Of a stretch of 64,000 nt of DNA, positions 60,427-64,000 are shown in pieces. The stretch spans positions 2,317 to 66,316 of the forward strand of contig JBFJNH010000011.1 in NCBI GenBank assembly GCA_041618295.1, given 5' to 3'. A model generated the notes under the pieces. That model was not told the DNA's origin and did not search any database. It saw only the letters and a program-made list of their open reading frames with translations. This DNA comes from Marmoricola sp. (GTDB taxonomy: Bacteria; Actinomycetota; Actinomycetes; Propionibacteriales; Nocardioidaceae). The first letter of the stretch is position 1. Each line of letters opens with the position of its first letter. The position numbers were made by a program, and so were the translations under genes.

Positions 60427-61277
60427 CAGGACACCACGACGACGGGGCAGGCGGCGCGGTGCAGGGTCTCGTGCGCCACCGAACCGAGCACCAGCGCCTG
60501 CACCGGTGTCCGTCCGCGCGAGCCGACCACCACCGCGGAGGCGTCGTCGGAGAGCCGGGCCAGCACCCGCGCGGCCCGTCCCGCGGCCGACGTCCCACGG
60601 ATGGACACGCCGGGGAAGTCGGCGGTCACCTCGGCAACCACCTCCGCCGCCAGTCGTTCGGCATCGTCGGCAACGCTCAGGTCGGGGTGGTCGGGCAGCA
60701 CGCCGATGGCGCCGTGCAGGACGAAGGCGGGTTGGTGGAACGCGTTGACCGCGAGCACCTGCTCCCCCGTGAGGACCGCCCGCTGGGCCGCGAACCGCAG
60801 CGCGCGCACACTCGACGCCGAGCCGTCGACCCCGACGACGATCTGGCGGGCGACTGGGTTGTGAGCCGGCCGCACCACGACGACCGGGCAGGGCGCCCGG
60901 CCGACCAGGTGCTGGCTGACCGAACCGATCCAGCTGCCGTCGAGGCGGTGGTGCCCGCGACTACCGAGGACGACCATCTCGGCGTCCTCGGCCTGGTGCA
61001 TCAGCACCGGCAGCGGCCATCCGTGCTCGACCCGGACGTCAGCCTCCAGACCGGCGGCCCCGGAAACCAGCTCGCGCGCCCGGGCGGCGGTTTCGTGCGC
61101 GACGGACGTCTCGTGCGCCCGGACGGCAGCGGGCATTCCCTGGCCGTCGGCACCCGCGACGACAACCCGCAACGGGAGCTCGCTCTGCTCGGCGGTCCGG
61201 AGGGCCCACTGCAGGGCGAGGTCGGCGTCGGCGGATCCGTCGTACCCGACCAGGATGGGGCGCTTCTGCGGTGTCAT
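60426..61277 (-). CDS. Universal stress protein (tandem domains)
   Basis: ILVGYDGS, VLGSRG, GSVSQHLVGRAPCPVVVV, LGSVAHETLHRAACPV. Confidence 0.9.
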   Translation of the reverse strand: MTPQKRPILVGYDGSADADLALQWALRTAEQSELPLRVVVAGADGQGMPAAVRAHETSVAHETAARARELVSGAAGLEADVRVEHGWPLPVLMHQAEDAEMVVLGSRGHHRLDGSWIGSVSQHLVGRAPCPVVVVRPAHNPVARQIVVGVDGSASSVRALRFAAQRAVLTGEQVLAVNAFHQPAFVLHGAIGVLPDHPDLSVADDAERLAAEVVAEVTADFPGVSIRGTSAAGRAARVLARLSDDASAVVVGSRGRTPVQALVLGSVAHETLHRAACPVVVVS

Positions 61278-61411
61278 GGGTCCAGGCTGCCCCGGCCCCC
61301 GGCGCGGGGTGCAGAGCCGAACGGGCCACCCCCTCGGGACCGAACGACCTGAGGGCCGGGGTCGAACGACCCTGCCACCGGGTAGGTGCGGGCCACGAGC
61401 CTGGACCCATG
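61275..61411. promoter_or_regulatory. Symmetric divergent promoter with three DosR-like boxes
   Basis: GAGCCGAACGGGCC 61314, GGACCGAACGACCT 61337, GGGTCGAACGACCC 61359; AGCCTGGACCCATG on both strands. Confidence 0.65.
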
Positions 61412-62302
61412 AACACGACAGAGATCCCCGCAGGTGCCGTAGTCGTCGGTGTCGACGGCTCGCACCACAGTGACCACGCGATCGAGTGGGCGGCACGGCA
61501 CGCCCAGGACGAGAACAAGCACCTCGTCCTGCTGTACGCCGTCGGCAACCCGGCGACCACCGCTGCCTGGATGACGTCCGGTGGCCTCAACCCGGCGACC
61601 TACCTGGCTGAGGCCGAGGTGGCGGGCCAGGCCATCCTGGACACCGCCGCAGCCCGGGTGGCGCCCACCCGACCGGAGGGCACGGTGCACACGGTCGTGG
61701 CCGGCGCGGACGCCCGGGAGGCGCTCCTCGAGGCCGCTCGCCACGCCAGCCTGGTGGTGATCGGCTCACGGGGTCGGGGCCCTCTGAGCAGCCTGCTGCT
61801 GGGCTCGGTCGGCGCGACCGTCGCGGCCCACAGCACCTGCACCGTGGTCGTCGTACGGCCGCACCACCACGGCGAGGTTCGCCGCGGCGTCCTGGTCGGC
61901 AGCGACGGCTCCCCCGGATCGACCGCCGTTCTCGAGTTCGCCTACCGCCAGGCCGCCGAGCTCGGACTCCCGTTGACGGTGATGCACACCGCCTGGGACG
62001 CACTGGCCACCATCTCCGACGCCCACGAGATCCACGTCGACGACCCGGAGTACGCACCCGCCGCCCTGGTGCTCGCCGAGTCGCTCGCCGGGCTCTCGGA
62101 GAAGTACCCCGACGTGCCGGTCACCCGCACGATCGTCCGCGGGGCGCCTGCCGCCGGGCTGCTGGCCCTGGCGGACACGATGCACCTGGTCGTCGTCGGG
62201 CACCAGCGGGTCGACCCGGTACGCCGGGTCCTGTTCGGGTCGGTGGCTCTCGGGGTCCTCGAGCACGCGAAGACCGTCGTCGCCGTCGTCCCGCAGCCGT
62301 AA
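61409..62302 (+). CDS. Universal stress protein (tandem domains)
   Basis: VVVGVDGS, VIGSRGRG..LLGSVG, LFGSVALGVLEHA. Confidence 0.9.
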   Translation: MNTTEIPAGAVVVGVDGSHHSDHAIEWAARHAQDENKHLVLLYAVGNPATTAAWMTSGGLNPATYLAEAEVAGQAILDTAAARVAPTRPEGTVHTVVAGADAREALLEAARHASLVVIGSRGRGPLSSLLLGSVGATVAAHSTCTVVVVRPHHHGEVRRGVLVGSDGSPGSTAVLEFAYRQAAELGLPLTVMHTAWDALATISDAHEIHVDDPEYAPAALVLAESLAGLSEKYPDVPVTRTIVRGAPAAGLLALADTMHLVVVGHQRVDPVRRVLFGSVALGVLEHAKTVVAVVPQP

Positions 62303-62307
62303 CCAGA

Positions 62308-62342
62308 ACGCCGCCGTGACCACGTCGTGGTCCCGGCGGCGT
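62308..62342. terminator. GC-rich hairpin between convergent genes
   Basis: ACGCCGCCG-T-GACCAC/GTC/GTGGTC-C-CGGCGGCGT stem with one mismatch. Confidence 0.6.
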
Positions 62343-62391
62343 CTGCGTGTGCCGGGGGGGCCGGGGGGTGCTAACCGGGTCGTAGCTCAGG

Positions 62392-62976
62392 TCAGCACCC
62401 GGTCTCGGCGCCGTTCGAGTTCCCGTTCGTCTCTCCGTTCGACGACGCCCGCGCCGCGGCCAGTCCGGCCAGTCGTCGGCCCCAGGCTCCGGCCCGCTCG
62501 ACCTCGCCGGGGACCAGCGGCCCGGCGATCCCCTCGACGTAGAAGCTCCTGCGATCGAGGACGGTGAACCCCGCCTTGCGGAGGGTGCGGGCAGCGCGGT
62601 GCGCTGCCGACCCGGGCCAGTGCTTGGCCTTCAGCACCCGGGTGTCGAAGACTGCGACCAGCGGCCGCGGACGGGAAGCCGGGAGCACGTCCTCCAGGGT
62701 TCCCAACCACTCCCGGACGCCGATCGGCTCCCGCCGCGGATCGGCTCCCCGGGCGACCGCCTCGGCCCGCGATTCCGGCCGGCTCAGGGTCAGGGCGTGG
62801 GTCGGTGCAGCCACGACCAGCAGGTCGCAGCCGGCGAAGTGCCGACCCTGCGCGTAGGCAGCCCCGACCTCGACGAGGTCTGCTTCGCCACCCGCGGACC
62901 CCAGCCCCTGCTCGACGGCAGCCGCGAGCAGGTCGGTGTTGCCGAACATGGATTCACAGATGATGACTGATCTCAT
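62392..62976 (-). CDS. Flavodoxin-like protein
   Basis: ESMFGNT loop, VAAPTH, AVFDTR, GEVERAGAWG. Confidence 0.85.
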   Translation of the reverse strand: MRSVIICESMFGNTDLLAAAVEQGLGSAGGEADLVEVGAAYAQGRHFAGCDLLVVAAPTHALTLSRPESRAEAVARGADPRREPIGVREWLGTLEDVLPASRPRPLVAVFDTRVLKAKHWPGSAAHRAARTLRKAGFTVLDRRSFYVEGIAGPLVPGEVERAGAWGRRLAGLAAARASSNGETNGNSNGAETGC

Positions 62977-63028
62977 GACGGACTCCTTGCCTCACCTCCA
63001 CCCTTGCTGACACCTGCGGGCACCGGTA

Positions 63029-63063
63029 GGGCCGAAGGACAGCACCGACGGGACCTAGGTCTC
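63029..63063. promoter_or_regulatory. Two DosR-like boxes upstream of the flavodoxin gene
   Basis: GGGCCGAAGGACAG 63029 and GGGACCTAGGTCTC 63050, 21 nt apart. Confidence 0.65.
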
Positions 63064-63089
63064 GCCCGTTCGCCGCGACCGGGGATGCC

Positions 63090-63142
63090 TTGACGCACGG
63101 ACGGTTCATTCATACATTCATCCGAACTTTGTATGAATGAAC
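63090..63142 (+). promoter_or_regulatory. Housekeeping-sigma promoter overlapped by a 13-bp perfect inverted repeat
   Basis: TTGACG(63090)-N17-TACATT(63113); GTTCATTCATACA 63104-63116 / TGTATGAATGAAC 63130-63142. Confidence 0.7.
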
Positions 63143-63151
63143 GGAGTCCGC

Positions 63152-64000
63152 ATGAAACTCGGCACCCGAGCCGTCGTCCTCGGCGGGAGCATGGCGGGCC
63201 TCTGCGCCGCTGGCGCACTCGCGCCGCACTTCGACGAGGTGCTGATCCTCGAGCGTGACGTGCTGCCCGCGGACGCGGAGCACCGTCGTGGCGTTCCGCA
63301 GAGCAAGCACCCGCACTTCCTGCTCAACTCCGGCCGCCGGGCGATCGGCGCGCTGTTCCCCGACTTCGAGGACGACCTGATCGCCGCCGGCGGCCTGCAC
63401 CTGATGCCGTCCATGGACGCGGCCTACCTCGAGGGCCCGGGCTGGTCGTCGCGGAAGCAGTCCGCGATGACGATGGTCTACAGCTCGCGGATCCTGATCG
63501 AGCGGGTGCTGCGCGACCAGGTGCGCAAGGTCGGCTCCATCACCATCCGCGAAGGTGTCGCGGTGACCGGCCTCAGCACCAACGGCACCCCCGGCCGGGT
63601 CACCGGCGTCACGTTCGCCGCCGGCGCCGAGCAGCACCAGGTCGACGCCGATCTCGTCGTCGACGCCCTGGGCCGCGGCTCGTCGGTCTCCGACTGGCTC
63701 GTCGCAGCCGGCTGGCCCGCCGTACCGGTCCAGACCCTCGACGCCGGCGTCACCTACACCTCCCGGTGGTACGACCTACCGGACGCTGCGGACCGCCCTG
63801 CCTCCTGGTGGTGGCAACACCTGGTGATCATGCCGACGCAGGACAAGGGCGAGCACCCCGAGGAGCACGAGTACCTCTGCAACTTCTTCCCCGTCGAGGG
63901 CAACCGGGCGATCGCCTGCATGGGTTCCTGGGGCCTCCCGATGGCTCGGAGCACCGAGGACTTCGTGGCGTCCGCCGCGCGGGTACGCGCTCCCCTGTTC
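63152..64000 (+). CDS. FAD-dependent oxidoreductase/monooxygenase, 5' part (runs off the window)
   Basis: VVLGGSMAGLCAA, ERD..RRGVPQSKHPH, DLVVDALGRGS. Confidence 0.85.
   Translation, partial: MKLGTRAVVLGGSMAGLCAAGALAPHFDEVLILERDVLPADAEHRRGVPQSKHPHFLLNSGRRAIGALFPDFEDDLIAAGGLHLMPSMDAAYLEGPGWSSRKQSAMTMVYSSRILIERVLRDQVRKVGSITIREGVAVTGLSTNGTPGRVTGVTFAAGAEQHQVDADLVVDALGRGSSVSDWLVAAGWPAVPVQTLDAGVTYTSRWYDLPDAADRPASWWWQHLVIMPTQDKGEHPEEHEYLCNFFPVEGNRAIACMGSWGLPMARSTEDFVASAARVRAPLF

Overview
High-GC actinobacterial chromosome segment (Nocardioides-like by gene content and repeat style; inference). 1-27 kb is the conserved core block nadA(partial)-gcvT-pepA-lpdA-sucB-lpdA-lipB...lipA-DUF4191-RDD-glnA, with two ABC systems (one with an embedded acyl-CoA synthetase) between lipB and lipA. 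A ~5 kb, apparently more AT-rich island (27.0-32.0 kb) is bracketed by an ~83-bp duplication of the glnA 3' end plus terminator. It carries a monooxygenase pseudogene, TetR, a DUF2236/MpaB-like oxygenase, a hotdog thioesterase and a desaturase-reductase-ferredoxin fusion, but no visible integrase. 32-43 kb is mixed: F420 PPOX, histidine kinase with a solo sugar-binding lipoprotein, trmL, 5'-3' exonuclease, prfC, a class III cyclase with Glu at the specificity Lys, and a divergent out-of-context smpB. 43-63 kb is a DosR/DevR-type hypoxia cluster (two GAF kinases, dosR, four USPs, CBS, two PNPOx-like, DoxX, flavodoxin, cydAB, fused cydDC). I read phased 14-bp DosR-like boxes in nearly every promoter there, including upstream of small/DUF genes next to smpB. 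Many genes look leaderless (TANNNT-N6-RTG). No tRNA, rRNA, tmRNA or CRISPR was seen. All assignments come from motif recognition by eye, without database searches.
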